A DNA stretch of 63,011 nucleotides, counting the filler, from Cercozoa sp. M6MM (taxonomy: Eukaryota > Protista > Endomyxa: Ascetosporea): assembly GCA_040357565.1 (NCBI GenBank). It is 12 parts of 12 records of this genome, joined end to end, with 100 filler letters (N's around TTAATTAATTAA, not from the genome) between each part and the next. Parts side by side here need not be neighbours in the genome. Positions count along the whole stretch, not along the records: positions 61,552 to 63,011 come from JBDODJ010002023.1; 11 more parts are not named here. One strand, 5' to 3'. A program made the translations under genes and the position numbers. The notes beneath the pieces were generated by a model that saw only the letters and a program-made list of their open reading frames with translations, was not told the DNA's origin and did not search any database. Shown one piece after another: positions 61,452 to 63,011 of the stretch (positions are counted from its first letter, which is position 1; the number at the start of each line of letters is the position of its first letter).

Positions 61452-61551
61452 NNNNNNNNNNNNNNNNNNNNNNNNNNNNNNNNNNNNNNNNNNNNTTAAT
61501 TAATTAANNNNNNNNNNNNNNNNNNNNNNNNNNNNNNNNNNNNNNNNNNNN

Positions 61552-61621
<70 letters not shown>

Positions 61622-61689
61622 TACACAGACACACACACGATATGAGAGGTATGTAGATATCGAGCGACACTAGGGTTGATACTAAGACG

Positions 61690-62840
61690 GAGTTACCTTG
61701 CAGATAACCGCAAGGTATCCTTTTCGCAGTCGATCGTAGTAGGCGCCTCCTCGGCCCGCGAACGACTTGGTAAAATTGCGTGCCAGATCGGTCCGTGTCT
61801 CTGCGACCCAAAGTATGAAGAGTGCTCGTTTTGAAACATGAAGAGTGATTCACCGTGTTTAAGCAAGCGACGTGCCACAACGATCAACACATCCAACAGC
61901 AGGTCTGCATGAGTCTGCAACATGACACAAGCATGCACGGAATTTAGTACACTACCTCCTTTGCAAAGATATACCTCATCTACACGGCAGGCATCCACAG
62001 CAGCGAGAATCGACGTGAGTTCTTGCCGAATCGCTTGACTCATGCCCGTATACAGCGCGGTTTTGATCATGAGTCCTGAGCATGTGAAACTCTTGCTCGA
62101 GAACACATCCATACAGTTTACTGTCTGTGTACCGAGTGCATTGAGGATAACCTGCGCATCAGCAACGTCCTTGGCGGCATCGCCACTGTAGACGTACTTG
62201 TCTTGGTGCGGCCAAAGGTGTCTGTATCCTCACTCAACAATATCACCAGGTCGAATAGACAGCAAAAGGAAAGGCTACAGGTAGTAGAGTGACCACATGG
62301 AAGACAGGTCTCCCTTGTGCAGGTACACAAGCGCAAGGTGCCACACGCAGTGCGTGCGCAGGAAGGCACACAGCGGACGTGTCGGCATTGTCACACTGGC
62401 AGGCATACCGATCACGCTCAAGTCCGCCTGCAGTGACCCTCTGTCTGAGGCGACCCACGCCTCCTTCACCACGTTCGCAAACTGAAGTGCTTTATCGTGC
62501 TGCTTCTGTGGTCAGTTAAACACACATTGCACATCTATCGAAAGCTCAGTCTGGCAGCAAGTAAACTGACTGTACACTCAGCAAAAAGGCGTGCAGAAGC
62601 GCGTGGTGTGCCCACACGTCGCCCGGGAAGACACGCAGTGCCTCCAAAGCCTCTCGTTCGGCCTCATCGACTTTCCCATCTGTCCAGATACAAACACATG
62701 GTCAGATTGTGTGCTCATCAAACTCAGCGAGTATACACTGTTCGGCAGCGAAGGACACGATGGCGTGGAAGTAGCGCGAGCCACGCTCACGGTCGTAGAT
62801 CTCGCGCACGCAGCGGTACATGCGCTCTGCATCGCCCTGT
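61690..62840 (-). CDS. Internal fragment of an unknown multi-exon gene
   Basis: Exons between (CA)n introns, e.g. QAIRQELTSILAAVDACRVDEVYLCKGGSVLNSV. Confidence 0.45.
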
Positions 62841-62898
62841 GTGTGTGTGTGTGCGTGTGTGTGTATGTGTGTGTGTGTGCGTGCGTGTGTATGTGTGT

Positions 62899-63011
<113 letters not shown>

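Noticed and set aside
61860-62110. Carbamoyltransferase (GGxxLN motif)
   Set aside because: Only a short GGSVLNSV match; other family motifs were not seen.

Overview
The window is not one locus. It is 12 contigs or scaffolds joined by 11 artificial 100-nt linkers (N-run/TTAATTAATTAA/N-run), plus one plain 100-N scaffold gap. Eleven pieces come from a gene-dense, intron-rich microbial eukaryote that uses the standard code and GT-AG introns, typically about 45-75 nt. The supplied ORF track is therefore mostly fragments, and the gene models below were spliced by hand with approximate boundaries. Recognisable eukaryotic genes: a histidine phosphatase, a biotin carboxylase (MCCC1-like), an HMG-box protein, a GltA-type citrate synthase, TELO2, NMT, a GSI-like glutamine synthetase, WDR1/AIP1, a Rax1-like RGS protein, eIF4E, NOC4, a reprolysin-like metzincin, a BIG/Sec7-type ARF-GEF C-terminus and GPN3. 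One piece (40936-43148) is intron-free bacterial DNA: a type IVB (Dot/Icm-like) dotC-dotB operon, translationally coupled to what look like a degenerate ParM-like actin and a tandem ParR/StbB-like protein. Most notable observations: (1) a ~7.7 kb gene that splices in frame into coiled coil-TPR-TPR-2x helical repeat-annexin lacking the Ca loop; (2) gene-body introns invaded by several dispersed, often palindromic or telomere-like repeat families that also spill into exons; (3) a signal-peptide-bearing split Smr-nuclease protein; (4) a SPRY+PZP chromatin reader; (5) the atypical bacterial T4BSS/partition operon. All family assignments rest on motif recognition from memory; no searches were run.
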